The notes: a model not told the origin generated them from the sequence alone. A DNA stretch of 64,000 bases from Candidatus Poseidoniaceae archaeon (GCA_965662895.1 CBFIJH010000001.1:64001-128000); one strand, 5' to 3'; positions 47,583 to 58,347 are shown, counted from the first letter of the stretch. Made by a program: numbers and translations.

Positions 47583-48816
47583 GGTTCCAAATCGTAAAGA
47601 TGCAACCACTGAAAATCATAATACAAGCAAACAACAGAACACCTTGTTGAAGATTCACGTAATTGTTTTCAATCAAGTATCCTGCAGAAATGGTTGAAAT
47701 GACTTGGCCGATAGAAAGCATGAGCATATCGGTCGAAAATACCCTGCCGCGCATCTCATCCTCAACCCATTGTTGCGTCAATACCGTGGAGAGGACCCAA
47801 TTTCCACCACTGGCAGAATGTGCGAGAGTTACGAGGGCTAGAGTAAGAAGGAGAGGTCCATTGAGGCTCAATCCCACAAGGAAATAGAACAAGCCGCTTG
47901 CGACGATGAGTATGCCAATCAATCTTGGCCACTTTTCAGAATTTTTGAAAAATCTGCGCGCAAATATTGGCCCGATACCCGTTCCAACACCTCTTGCAAA
48001 GAAGAAGATTCCAAAGCCCAAGGCTGCCCCAACAAATTCAATATCATTTCCTGCTAAGACTAAAAATACACCAGCAAGACCGCCTCCTGCTATGTTCCAT
48101 GACGTTTTTGCAAAAATAATTCGAAACAATCGCGGGTCTGACTTGATTCTCTTTTGACCGAGCCAGATGTCCTTGACAGCAGATGACAGTATTGAGCCTG
48201 AAGATGGCTTATCGTATGTCTGTGGTACAGTCAATGGGATGAGGATCAGTGTTCCAATCAAAAATGTTAACGAATCGATAACAAATGCGACTGTAACTCC
48301 AAATTCTGAAACAACCAAACCACCTACGAATGCACCCAAGCATAGTGCAGTGGACCATGTGGCGCTATCCAAAGCATTGGCTGTTGTAAGATCTTCTTTG
48401 CTTACGATGTTTGGTAATGCAGCACGCTCTGCAGTGACATACAAACCATGCAATGCCATCATGACTCCAGAACAAAGAAACATCCACCACATGTCTTCTG
48501 GACCATCGACAGCGATGAATGCTAATGCGAGAAAGACCTGTAGAATGTTGGTAGCAATCATGAGGGTCTTTCGATTAAGCCTATCAGCTAGCAAACCAAA
48601 AAAAGGCTGCATAAGGGCGAAACATCCCATGCGGACCGCCATAAGCACACCAAGCAGCAGTTCCGACTCAGTGTATTGCAGAATGATCAAGAAAAGTGCA
48701 ATTGTGTTGAACCATTCTCCAAACATCGAAATGAAAGCAGCAATCCAGAATTTGCGATAGGTATCGTTCTCACGAACCAAACGAACGTATGGGTTGTCCA
48801 TCATTCTCTCACTCAT
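47545..48816 (-). CDS. MFS transporter
   Basis: GLLADRLNRK motif A, ALPNIV...ANAL, MRGRVFS; ~12 TM helices. Confidence 0.9.
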   Translation of the reverse strand: MSERMMDNPYVRLVRENDTYRKFWIAAFISMFGEWFNTIALFLIILQYTESELLLGVLMAVRMGCFALMQPFFGLLADRLNRKTLMIATNILQVFLALAFIAVDGPEDMWWMFLCSGVMMALHGLYVTAERAALPNIVSKEDLTTANALDSATWSTALCLGAFVGGLVVSEFGVTVAFVIDSLTFLIGTLILIPLTVPQTYDKPSSGSILSSAVKDIWLGQKRIKSDPRLFRIIFAKTSWNIAGGGLAGVFLVLAGNDIEFVGAALGFGIFFFARGVGTGIGPIFARRFFKNSEKWPRLIGILIVASGLFYFLVGLSLNGPLLLTLALVTLAHSASGGNWVLSTVLTQQWVEDEMRGRVFSTDMLMLSIGQVISTISAGYLIENNYVNLQQGVLLFACIMIFSGCIFTIWNPKSKARDHKLEA

Positions 48817-51101
48817 TCCTCTTCAGATTGTGAATCTTCTGAAGTGGAAAGAGATACCTCAATCCATTTTGATGTTGGCGTGTTGGAAATGCTTGCTGTC
48901 GAATCAATGGGAACGAGTTCATTTGCTTCTGGGAAATAGGCTGCCAGATTACCACGTGGAATTTCATAAGGAACGACTATCCAATCATTCGAATGGCGTG
49001 TAGCGGTATCGAAATGACTCGTCATGTGTACAACATCCCTTGATTTGATTCCCCTTTCTGACATGTCGAGTGCGTTCATGAAAACGATACGACGGTTGCC
49101 ATGGACACCCCGATATCGATCATGAAGCCCATAGATTGTTGTGTTGTACTGGTCGTGGCTACGGATGGTCATCAGTACATATCTGTTCTGGTTTACTTGC
49201 AGATTCGGTAATTCGTGGACAGTAAAATGAGCCTTACCAGATTTAGTGTTAAAGGTACATTGATCTCTCGGGGGGTTCGGAAGCAAAAAACCATTTTCTT
49301 GACGAACGCGATTGTTGTAATTGTCAAATCCTTCTAGCGCCACAGCCATTATGTCGCGAATGTAATCATAATTATCTTTGCATTTCTCCCAGTTCAACAG
49401 TTCAGGACAAAGGCGCATACCGAGTTGTGCAACAAGCGATGGTTCGCTCATCAACATGCTTGATGTTGGTTTCATTGAGCCCTTCGAGCGGTGTACGACC
49501 CCCATTGAGTTTTCAACTGTGACAAACTGTTCACCTGAACTTTGGACATCTTTTTCTGTTCGGCCAAGAACTGGAAGTATGAGTGCTGTTTTGCCTGTTA
49601 CAAGATGACTTCGATTTAATTTCGTTGAAATCTGTACCGTTAAGCCAACATTCTGTAGAGCTTGGGCTGTGTAACGTGTATCCGGTGTTGCAGATAGGAA
49701 GTTTCCTCCCATGGCGAGAAATACATCGACCTTTCCAGAATGCATAGCATGAATGGCATGAACAACGTCATAGCCATGTTCCTTGGGCATCTTAAATCCA
49801 AGCTCGGTCTCCAACTTCTGTAAGAACGAGTCACTTGGCGCCTCCCATATTCCAACCGTTCGATCTCCTTGCACATTCGAATGGCCACGAACTGGACAAA
49901 GACCAGCCCCTTTGCGCCCAATGTGGCCGCCCATGAGCAAAAGATTCACCACTTCTTGAATCACTTGTACACCATTTCTGTGTTGTGTCAATCCCATAGC
50001 CCAGCATGCAATCGTAGCATTGGATTCTTTGCACATGGATGCAATGGTTTGAATCATTTCGCGTGATATTCCTGAGTCTTGTTCAATACGACTCCAAGGA
50101 ACATTGGAGAGGGATGATCTTAATGCATTTAATCCGATTGTTTTATTTTCAATGAAATTTTTGTCAATCGAATTTGAATGGAGGATTTCCTTCATTACGC
50201 CCTTAAGCAATGCCGCATCGCCGCCAATTCGAACCGGTACGTACAGGTCTGCGAGTTGAGTGGATTGAAAATCTGCAACCATGTAATCCTGGGGGTGCTT
50301 GAACCGTTGAAGGCCTGTTTCAGGTAATGGATTGATGCTGATTATTTTCGCTCCGTTCTTTTTTGCATCCCGCAAGGCAGTTAGCATACGGGGATGATTT
50401 GTTCCAGGGTTTTGTCCAATAACGAGAATAAGATCGGAATGATTGAAATCTTCCAAATGTACGGTCCCTTTTCCAATTCCTATTGTCTCGACGAGTGCCT
50501 TACCGCTCGATTCGTGGCACATGTTGGAACAATCTGGAAGATTGTTTGTTCCCAATCCACGGACAAGAGCTTGGTAAAGGAACGCAGCTTCATTTGACGT
50601 GCGTCCGGATGTGTAGTATACACCGCGATGTGGAGAATCCATCGACTGAATCACACTGGAAATGACATCGAGTGCCTCTTCCCAGTCAATGGGCTTGTAG
50701 TGCGTAGCATTTTGTTCAAGAATCATTGGTTGCGCTATGCGCCCTTGACTGTTCAACCAGTAATCTGATTTCTTCAACAACTCATCCACAGAGTATTTTG
50801 CGAAAAACTTGGCGTTTACCTTGGCTTTCATCGCTTCATCGGCTACTGCTTTCGCACCATTTTCACAGAATTCGAAAGAAGTTCTGTGTTCGGGATCAGG
50901 CCAAGCACAACCAGGACAATCAAATCCATTTTTTTGATTGATGGTAAGCAGTGTGCGAACTGTTTTTGTTACGCCCATTTTGCGAATTCCGTGGTTCAGG
51001 GATGATACAGCAGCGGGTATACCAGCTGCTGACTTTTTGACGCTTGAAAGACGTAATTTTGTCCTGTCAGGGGGTGTTGTCCCATCTACCACCTCATCCA
51101 T
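48813..51101 (-). CDS. FdhF/YdeP-family molybdopterin oxidoreductase
   Basis: GFDCPGCAWPD, FCENGAKA, YTSGRTSNEAAF, NLPDCSNMCHES, RGHSNVQG, RSHDQYNTTIYG. Confidence 0.93.
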   Translation of the reverse strand: MDEVVDGTTPPDRTKLRLSSVKKSAAGIPAAVSSLNHGIRKMGVTKTVRTLLTINQKNGFDCPGCAWPDPEHRTSFEFCENGAKAVADEAMKAKVNAKFFAKYSVDELLKKSDYWLNSQGRIAQPMILEQNATHYKPIDWEEALDVISSVIQSMDSPHRGVYYTSGRTSNEAAFLYQALVRGLGTNNLPDCSNMCHESSGKALVETIGIGKGTVHLEDFNHSDLILVIGQNPGTNHPRMLTALRDAKKNGAKIISINPLPETGLQRFKHPQDYMVADFQSTQLADLYVPVRIGGDAALLKGVMKEILHSNSIDKNFIENKTIGLNALRSSLSNVPWSRIEQDSGISREMIQTIASMCKESNATIACWAMGLTQHRNGVQVIQEVVNLLLMGGHIGRKGAGLCPVRGHSNVQGDRTVGIWEAPSDSFLQKLETELGFKMPKEHGYDVVHAIHAMHSGKVDVFLAMGGNFLSATPDTRYTAQALQNVGLTVQISTKLNRSHLVTGKTALILPVLGRTEKDVQSSGEQFVTVENSMGVVHRSKGSMKPTSSMLMSEPSLVAQLGMRLCPELLNWEKCKDNYDYIRDIMAVALEGFDNYNNRVRQENGFLLPNPPRDQCTFNTKSGKAHFTVHELPNLQVNQNRYVLMTIRSHDQYNTTIYGLHDRYRGVHGNRRIVFMNALDMSERGIKSRDVVHMTSHFDTATRHSNDWIVVPYEIPRGNLAAYFPEANELVPIDSTASISNTPTSKWIEVSLSTSEDSQSEEE

Positions 51102-51150
51102 GGCTGATGCAATGCAACCTGACTCATCAATGCTTGGAGCGAATATGAAT

Positions 51151-51930
51151 TTAGATTCCGATTTTCCAAGCTCCTTGCTCTTTAACAAAGGCATAGAGAA
51201 TTATTCTATGCTCCCGTGCGAGTTGGATGGCTGCTGTTGAAAGGGCGCCATAGGATGCGATGGCAGGTATACCCGTACGTACTGCTTTCGCAACGAGATC
51301 CCATCCACATCGTCCCGAGAGTAAGAGCATAGAAGATTGATACTCTTCCATGCCATCAAAAACTGCATGTCCAATGGCCTTGTCGACTGCGTTGTGTCTT
51401 CCAATATCCTCGCACACGTATCGCACACCGTTTTTGAAATCAAAGAAACCTGCACCATGACTTCCTCCACTCATCGTGAACGTATGCATTTTTTGAGTTA
51501 GAGAGGATAAAGCCTCCTGAACAGTTGGTAGGTCTAAATCACGAAATGCATCGCTTCGATTTCGTTTTAGGAAACTGTCGACAAACAAATCAGGATGGTT
51601 GCAGGCTCCACAAGAACTTGTCACAACTCGTTCTTTTGTTGGAATCTCGATTTGTTGGCGATACTCCACAGTGATATGCGGTGATTGTTCAAGGGCAAAA
51701 TCTGATCGATGTATTGGCGACGAGATGTATCCTTCTGCTAACAAATGGCCTGCATGCAATTCGATAAGATTGGTTGGTGTTGCCAAAAGTGTCGTATGCG
51801 TGTACATGTCTCCGAGTGAATTTTTTGCATCGAGTCGAATAGCAGTTTCCTCGACAATTGCCTCTTTTTGCAATCGCAATCCCGAGGTTGTCAATCGTTG
51901 CAAAGGCAATTCCTTCGCACCATTAGTCAT
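51151..51930 (-). CDS. fdhD: Formate dehydrogenase accessory sulfurtransferase FdhD
   Basis: VEE, ATP, GHLLAEG, SSCGAC, GGSHGAG, EDIGRHNAVDKAIG, SGR. Confidence 0.92.
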   Translation of the reverse strand: MTNGAKELPLQRLTTSGLRLQKEAIVEETAIRLDAKNSLGDMYTHTTLLATPTNLIELHAGHLLAEGYISSPIHRSDFALEQSPHITVEYRQQIEIPTKERVVTSSCGACNHPDLFVDSFLKRNRSDAFRDLDLPTVQEALSSLTQKMHTFTMSGGSHGAGFFDFKNGVRYVCEDIGRHNAVDKAIGHAVFDGMEEYQSSMLLLSGRCGWDLVAKAVRTGIPAIASYGALSTAAIQLAREHRIILYAFVKEQGAWKIGI

Positions 51931-52465
51931 ACGGTTCAACCTCAATATCAAAAAATTCAAACTGCAAGGAGACAAGTTCTGCAGAACTTTTCGCTTCTGC
52001 ATAAGCAATTAACGGCTCTTGGTTGAGTTCAAAAAACCGTTCGCCCCATCGGAATTTGCTCAACAATTCACGCGCCTGGTCATCTCGCCCCATCAAAACA
52101 AGGGATGCAGCAAGTGCTTCGACCGTCGTTAGTTTTCCAGGTTTCCCCCAGTTAACAGGATTGGCTGCGAGTAACAATGGTAGCATTCGTGGTTGCAACC
52201 GAGTTTTTCTCATGACGCGCTCGACAGATTCCTCGATCTGCGCCCAAGAGCAATCAAGTCCGACGAGCGCTCCATTTCTCTCAAAAACCTCCCTGTCCTC
52301 TGGACCAAGTACCTTTCCGCAAAGTGGTTCAAGGATGATTCCTCGCCTTGGTAGGCGTTTGAAATCTTTGTGCAATCGCAATAAATTATCCCTAGATGCA
52401 CGAACGGCTGTATTTTTTTTGGGGTCATCCTGTGCCAACCATAAGGCATGAACGGCGATATCCAT
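51923..52465 (-). CDS. tsr3: rRNA aminocarboxypropyltransferase Tsr3 (DUF367)
   Basis: QDDPKKNTA, LDCSW, RMLPLLLAANPVNWGKPGKLTTVEALAA, FRWG. Confidence 0.93.
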   Translation of the reverse strand: MDIAVHALWLAQDDPKKNTAVRASRDNLLRLHKDFKRLPRRGIILEPLCGKVLGPEDREVFERNGALVGLDCSWAQIEESVERVMRKTRLQPRMLPLLLAANPVNWGKPGKLTTVEALAASLVLMGRDDQARELLSKFRWGERFFELNQEPLIAYAEAKSSAELVSLQFEFFDIEVEPYD

Positions 52466-52469
52466 GAAC

Positions 52470-52961
52470 TCACCGAAGATCTTTCAGGTAATCGCCGATA
52501 GTCATCCCGCGACTGTTTGAGTTTTGTCCGAGCATTGCTTGGTGCTCCTTCGAAGAATCAACCATAAGTTCGATACCAAGAATCATTTCAAATTTCTTTA
52601 CAACGGCATCGGTTGGTGGTTTTCCTGATTCTGCAGATTTGATGACATTGATTGTTTCTGCCATTCGTTGACCCAATTGTGTTTGTGTCCAATTTTTCGA
52701 TTCACGGGCTGCTATGATCCTTCGAGAAAAATCACTTGCGAGTTCTTTTTCCTGTTTGTTCATGATGTTGTTTTTGCGAAAAGTACGTTGTTGTGGTTTG
52801 CTGGAGGGAACTCGCCGAGCACGTGCGAGACCAGGTGCTTCTTCTTTGGGTGCTAGGTTCATCTGTTGAACACACTTTGGACAAATTGCTAACATTGCCT
52901 TGTTCACTCGATGCTCACGTGTTGAAACTTTGGTTGCTCCACATAACTCGCAATCACCCAT
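52470..52961 (-). CDS. mbf1: Archaeal multiprotein bridging factor aMBF1
   Basis: N-terminal CELCG...CPKC Zn ribbon, HTH (ARESKNWTQTQLG), C-terminal TIGD; divergent from pan. Confidence 0.9.
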   Translation of the reverse strand: MGDCELCGATKVSTREHRVNKAMLAICPKCVQQMNLAPKEEAPGLARARRVPSSKPQQRTFRKNNIMNKQEKELASDFSRRIIAARESKNWTQTQLGQRMAETINVIKSAESGKPPTDAVVKKFEMILGIELMVDSSKEHQAMLGQNSNSRGMTIGDYLKDLR

Positions 52962-53069
52962 TATATCCCCATTGATTGCTCTTGAAGCCATTAGATGAAC
53001 CCTTCGTTGTTATCGCATTGATGCAACGATGTATTGATGAACTGTAGACACGAGGGCAGAACGGTTGCG

Positions 53070-54290
53070 ATGGGTACTGAAGTCGACAGAAATTCAGAGT
53101 CAATGAAGAACCATCGAGATGATGATTTTCAAAAATTGGAACAGGAATACAAAACACTCCAAGAAATGACACAAGAACTCATCAGTGAGCGAACACATAT
53201 CGAATCGGAACTTCGAAATCTGAAAAAGCAAGCAGGTAGGCTAGAAGAGGAAGTTCGTCACTTGCGTGCACCGCCACTTATCGTTGGAACGTTGCAAGAT
53301 GTTCTCGATCCTGAACGTGCCATCGTCAGATCATCAAACGGAACAGTTTTCCAAGTATCGTTGAACCAACGACTCGATCCTGAATTCCTTAAACCCGGCA
53401 CGAGAGTTGCATTAAACCAAGATTCACTCTCCCTCGTCGAAGTGCTGCACGATGCTTGGGATCCCATTGTAAGTGGTTCTGAGATGGTTGAGAGGCCTGA
53501 CATTTCTTATGACATGGTCGCAGGTCTCGACGATGAAATTCTTTCCGTGAGGGAGGCAATTGAGTTGCCGCTAACAAAACCAAAATTATTCCACAAAGTA
53601 GGAATTAAGCCACCAAAAGGCGTTTTGCTTGTCGGTCCACCAGGGTGCGGAAAGACACTACTCGCCAAAGCTGTTGCTCATCATACAAATGCTACATTTA
53701 TTCGCATGGTCGGTTCCGAACTCGCGCAAAAATACATTGGTGAAGGAGGACGTTTGGTCCGGGAATTGTTTTCCCTCGCAAAGGACAAATCGCCATCAAT
53801 CATTTTCCTCGATGAAATCGATGCAATAGGTGCCAAAAGATTGGATGGTTCGACGAGTGGAGACCGTGAAGTGCAACGAACCCTGATGCAATTGTTAGCG
53901 GAACTGGATGGATTCGATGAGTTGGAACATGTAAAAATCATAGCCGCTACAAACCGGCCTGATATTCTCGATGATGCTTTGCTTCGGCCAGGACGATTCG
54001 ATCGTATTATCGAGATACCTATACCGGACGAGAGTTCACGCTTGGCAATCCTGAAACTTCATCTTGCTAGCATGAATACGAAAGGCGTACGAGTACAAGC
54101 CATTGCAAAAGCAACAAATGGATTTAGTGGTGCAGAATTGAAAGCAACCTGCGTCGAAGCAGGAATGATTGCTATACGCTCTGAACGGGGAATTGTAGGT
54201 CATAAAGATGTAGCGCAGGCTGTCGAACGCATCAACAAAAAGAAATCACAATCTGGAGCCACCTCATCACCCGATGGTTTGTATGGATGA
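53070..54290 (+). CDS. pan: Proteasome-activating nucleotidase
   Basis: Coiled coil, OB domain, GPPGCGKT, DEID, DREVQRT, ATNRPD, RPGRFDR; HbYX-like end LYG. Confidence 0.96.
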   Translation: MGTEVDRNSESMKNHRDDDFQKLEQEYKTLQEMTQELISERTHIESELRNLKKQAGRLEEEVRHLRAPPLIVGTLQDVLDPERAIVRSSNGTVFQVSLNQRLDPEFLKPGTRVALNQDSLSLVEVLHDAWDPIVSGSEMVERPDISYDMVAGLDDEILSVREAIELPLTKPKLFHKVGIKPPKGVLLVGPPGCGKTLLAKAVAHHTNATFIRMVGSELAQKYIGEGGRLVRELFSLAKDKSPSIIFLDEIDAIGAKRLDGSTSGDREVQRTLMQLLAELDGFDELEHVKIIAATNRPDILDDALLRPGRFDRIIEIPIPDESSRLAILKLHLASMNTKGVRVQAIAKATNGFSGAELKATCVEAGMIAIRSERGIVGHKDVAQAVERINKKKSQSGATSSPDGLYG

Positions 54291-54329
54291 TATGTGAATG
54301 TTCAAAGTCCGACTCACGAACCGTCGTGT

Positions 54330-55364
54330 ATGACAAGCACCATTGTAGAATGTGTTCCGAACATATCTGAAGGACGAGATTCTGAAAAAATATACAGAAT
54401 TGTCGATGCTGCCCGTCGCCAAGGTGTGAAAATACTCGGTGTCGAACCCGATCCTGATTACAACAGGACTGTAATCACATTTGCAGGAAACCCGGAATCC
54501 GTTGAACAAGCTGCAACATGTCTCATTGAGAAAGCAATTGATGAAATCGATATGCGCAACCATACTGGAGAGCATCCTCGAATGGGTTGCGTTGATGTTT
54601 GCCCCTTTATACCAATAAAGGGCATTACCATGGAGCAATGTGCAGAAATGGCTCGTCGCGTTGCACATAATATTTCAAAAAATGAAGTTCCGGTCTTTCT
54701 CTACGGCTTTGCTGCTACTTCCGAAGATCGAACCTCACTTTCAACATTAAGGAAAGGAGAATACGAAGGATTGAAAGATCGATTGAATCAATGTTCAACG
54801 ATTCATGGTGATGCAACATCCCTGCCTGACCTTGGGTCATTTGAGTGGACTGAAAAGTCGCAGAAAAGTGGTGGAATTACAATCGGTGCGAGAGATATTC
54901 TCTTGGCCTACAATGTGAATATCGATGATGCAGACCCCTATGTTGCGCAGCAGATTGGCTCTATTGTGCGCAGTTCTGGACGTTTGTTGAAATCAACGGA
55001 TGGTGAGCGACGATTTCGCACGAAAGGTCTCCTCATGCATGTGCAAGGCATGGGTGTCCCTCTCGAGACGCACCAAATTAGCCAAGTGTCAATGAATCTA
55101 CAAAATTACAGAATAACAAATCTGCATCATGCATTTGATACAATCGATAGTCTTTGCAAGAACATGAACAGTTCAACCAAAGGAAGTGAAATCGTTGGCT
55201 TGGTTCCACTTGATTCGATGGTCCAAGCGGGCAAATGGTACGGTGGAGAAGACCGAAGTGAATCCGAATATATTGAACTTGCAATAGCAAAATTGGGGTT
55301 GGATTCGATCAACAAATTTGAACCGAAAGAGCGAATTATCGAATATGCAATGATGGAGGAATAA
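54330..55364 (+). CDS. Glutamate formimidoyltransferase (FTCD N-terminal part)
   Basis: ECVPNISEGR, DYNRTVIT, HTGEHPRMGCVDVCPF, QVSMNL, GSEIVGL. Confidence 0.93.
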   Translation: MTSTIVECVPNISEGRDSEKIYRIVDAARRQGVKILGVEPDPDYNRTVITFAGNPESVEQAATCLIEKAIDEIDMRNHTGEHPRMGCVDVCPFIPIKGITMEQCAEMARRVAHNISKNEVPVFLYGFAATSEDRTSLSTLRKGEYEGLKDRLNQCSTIHGDATSLPDLGSFEWTEKSQKSGGITIGARDILLAYNVNIDDADPYVAQQIGSIVRSSGRLLKSTDGERRFRTKGLLMHVQGMGVPLETHQISQVSMNLQNYRITNLHHAFDTIDSLCKNMNSSTKGSEIVGLVPLDSMVQAGKWYGGEDRSESEYIELAIAKLGLDSINKFEPKERIIEYAMMEE

Positions 55365-55367
55365 AGT

Positions 55368-56000
55368 ATGAGTTGGGCGAATAAATCCTTACGAGAATTC
55401 CAAGACGCACTTGCAAGCGACGCACCAACTCCGGGAGGCGGTTCTGCCGTTGGAGTAGCACTTGGGCAAGCTGCCGCATTGTCAATAATGGTCAGTGACC
55501 TCACACTATCAAACGAAAAGTTCGCCGACGGATGGGCGGTTGCAGAACGTGTAAAGAATATTGGAATTCCTTTACTTCATCGAGGCTTGGATTTAGCCAT
55601 CGATGACAGCGATGCGTTCGATGCAGTCGTGAATTCTTTTCGACTACCGAAAGAAACTGAAGATGAGAAAAATCAGCGCAAACTTGCAATCCGTCAAGCA
55701 ACCTTAGGTGCAGCCGAAGTTCCATATCAAACGGCGTTGGCTGCACTTGAATTACTTCAGTACCTTCCAGAGTTAGCTGAAAAAGGGAACGGTAATGCTG
55801 CTTCTGATGCAGGTGTTGCTGGATTGTTGGCTTCAGCAGCGCTCAAGGGTGCTGTGTTTAATGTCCAGATCAATCTTCAATCATTACCAGACGATTATGG
55901 AGTTGAGATGCGGGAAAACCTACCGTCAATAATCGAAGATGGTCGAATTTATTCGAGGAAATGCATGGACGCGGTACGTATGCAGTTATCGGACAGTTGA
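55368..56000 (+). CDS. Formiminotetrahydrofolate cyclodeaminase (FTCD C-terminal part)
   Basis: LASDAPTPGGGS, DSDAF, GNGNAASDA, NVQINL. Confidence 0.9.
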   Translation: MSWANKSLREFQDALASDAPTPGGGSAVGVALGQAAALSIMVSDLTLSNEKFADGWAVAERVKNIGIPLLHRGLDLAIDDSDAFDAVVNSFRLPKETEDEKNQRKLAIRQATLGAAEVPYQTALAALELLQYLPELAEKGNGNAASDAGVAGLLASAALKGAVFNVQINLQSLPDDYGVEMRENLPSIIEDGRIYSRKCMDAVRMQLSDS

Positions 56001-58229
56001 ACCAGTCGTGATTTCACCATCAATTGTGATGAGTTTTACAGTTCCATCGTTATCGTCTGCTGCTAACATCATACCTTCACTAACAACGCCGCGGAGCGGG
56101 CGCGGTTTCAAATTCGCAACAAAAACGACGAACTTGTTGGTTAGTTCTGCCTCTGTATAGTATTCTTTTATGCCTGCACAAATTGTACGGCCATCTTCAC
56201 TTCCATCATCCAAATGGACAACATACAATCGATCTGCATTCGGATGGTTTTCGACTTTGGTAATTCGACCAACCTTAAGTTCAACTTTCATGAAGGTATC
56301 AAAATCAAGATATTCAATACCTTCTGGGGCTTCTTCTTTCATATTCTTCTTCTCCTTTTTCCCACCTTTGACGGCATGAATAACATTTTTCGATTCTTTT
56401 CCATCATCAACCAACGACTGTTCCTCCTGAACAATTTCTTCCACATCGAGTCGTTTGAACAGTGGCTCATAGGTAGGCAAAATGTCTGGGACAGAAACAG
56501 TCCAATTCGTTGCATCATGCCAAGATGTTTTCTCTATTTCATGGCTTATTCCAAGCATATTCCAGAGTCTCTTTGCACTGAACGGTAAGAAGGGTTGAGT
56601 GACAACAGCGAGATAGCGACAGATTCTCCAACCGAATGCCAGTGATGAGAGAGATTCGAAGCGACCTTCAGAATCTTTTTCAGATTTCAGATGTTTCCAG
56701 GGCATAGCGGATTGCAAGAGTTGGTTCCCGTGTTGTGCGGCAGTCATTGCCGTTCGTAATGCCTCTTTGTATCGATGCTTTTCGAGTGAGGTTGTCATGT
56801 TGGAGTGCAACTGCTCAAGCGTTGAGCATAATTCTGAATGAATATCAACGCTGTCGAATGCGGAAAGGGATTCGCCTCCGGGCGTATCTGGCAACCGTGA
56901 TGAGAGAGAAAGGACCCGATTCACAAAATTACCATATGTAGCGATGAGTTCATTGTTTATGCGGTCAACAAATTCATTCCAGGTAAAGTCCGTATCATGG
57001 GACTCGGGCATATTGATGCTGAGGTAATATCTCAACGTGTCTGGATCAAATCGTTCAAGGAAGGAAGGAAGCCAAATGGCATGCTTCCTCGATTTCGAAA
57101 ATTGACCACCGGCAAGCATGAGATATTCCATTGCAGGTACATTGTCTTCCAGGCGCAGGTCGCCATTCATTGGCAAGGTAATTGCGTCATCTGCAGTTTT
57201 TCCGTTTCGTGCATGATTAAGACCCATGAGAATAGCAGGCCATATTACTGTATGGAAAGGGACGTTGTCCTTGCCTAAGAAATAATAATGCCGTTGGTTT
57301 TTTTCAGAATCTTCGATCCACCAATCTTCCCAAGATTTTGTTGTAGCAAAAGATTCCGACCAAATTTGTGAACACGTAAGATAGCCTTGAACAGCTTCGA
57401 ACCAAACGTAAATACACTTGCCTATCCATTCATCCCCTTCAAGTGGAACTTCAATGCCCCATTCTAAATCTCGAGTGACTGCTCTCGGTCGCAATCCCAT
57501 ATCGAGCCATTGTTTCGTCATAGCCCGAACATTTGGTTTCCAAAATTGGTGATTGTTTGCTGCATGCTGTTCAAGTGCATTTTGAAACAAATCAAGACGA
57601 TAAAAAAGATGCTCAGTATCTCGAATCTCAACCGTCAATTCTGGATTCATCTTTGAAACAGGATTTTTGAGTTCCGTTGACTCATACGTTGCTCCACACG
57701 AATCACATTGGTCACCACGTGCGCCCTCTGCTCCACATGCAGGACATGTGCCTTCGATGTAGCGATCTGGTAGGAATCTACCTCCACCACCTGGATGAAT
57801 TTCAAAATACTGCTGCATTGTTCTCTTTTCAAAAAATCCTGCATTGTACAGCAATGAAAAATTTTCTTGAACATTTTCTTTGTGTCGTGGGTCGCTCGTT
57901 CGATTGAACAGTGAACCACCGTACTCAGCTCCACGCTGATCTATGTTCGGCATCCAAGTGCATCCTAAATCAAGCAATGCTTGTGCATTCACGTCGTGAA
58001 ATTCATCGACAATGCTTTGTGGGGAAACCCCTTCTTGTTCTGCAGTGACAGTAATTGGTGTTCCATGTTCATCTGAACCGGAGACCATTAAAACTCGATT
58101 TCCACGAGACCGTTCAAATCGTGCATAAATATCAGGGGGGAGATAACATCCGGCTACATGGCCTAAATGGAGTGGCCCATTTGCGTATGGCCATGCTACG
58201 CAAACCAGAACATGGTCGCCATCCGACAT
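55986..58229 (-). CDS. metG: Methionine--tRNA ligase with C-terminal tRNA-binding domain
   Basis: WPYANGPLHLGH, SDEHG, CPAC...CDSC, YVWF, GKDN, FSKS, HPNADRL, SEGM. Confidence 0.96.
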   Translation of the reverse strand: MSDGDHVLVCVAWPYANGPLHLGHVAGCYLPPDIYARFERSRGNRVLMVSGSDEHGTPITVTAEQEGVSPQSIVDEFHDVNAQALLDLGCTWMPNIDQRGAEYGGSLFNRTSDPRHKENVQENFSLLYNAGFFEKRTMQQYFEIHPGGGGRFLPDRYIEGTCPACGAEGARGDQCDSCGATYESTELKNPVSKMNPELTVEIRDTEHLFYRLDLFQNALEQHAANNHQFWKPNVRAMTKQWLDMGLRPRAVTRDLEWGIEVPLEGDEWIGKCIYVWFEAVQGYLTCSQIWSESFATTKSWEDWWIEDSEKNQRHYYFLGKDNVPFHTVIWPAILMGLNHARNGKTADDAITLPMNGDLRLEDNVPAMEYLMLAGGQFSKSRKHAIWLPSFLERFDPDTLRYYLSINMPESHDTDFTWNEFVDRINNELIATYGNFVNRVLSLSSRLPDTPGGESLSAFDSVDIHSELCSTLEQLHSNMTTSLEKHRYKEALRTAMTAAQHGNQLLQSAMPWKHLKSEKDSEGRFESLSSLAFGWRICRYLAVVTQPFLPFSAKRLWNMLGISHEIEKTSWHDATNWTVSVPDILPTYEPLFKRLDVEEIVQEEQSLVDDGKESKNVIHAVKGGKKEKKNMKEEAPEGIEYLDFDTFMKVELKVGRITKVENHPNADRLYVVHLDDGSEDGRTICAGIKEYYTEAELTNKFVVFVANLKPRPLRGVVSEGMMLAADDNDGTVKLITIDGEITTGSTVR

Positions 58230-58347
58230 GTTTAATCCTAACACCCATTGATTTTCAAACCAACCCATGAGGCCGTAACAAAACAACATTTTCAAGAAGC
58301 ATGAGGTACTGGGTCAACCATCCAACGGACAGGAGTTCACGTTCAAC

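Noticed and set aside
48813-51101. Selenocysteine-containing formate dehydrogenase
   Set aside because: The ORF is uninterrupted, with Cys in NMCHES and no in-frame TGA.
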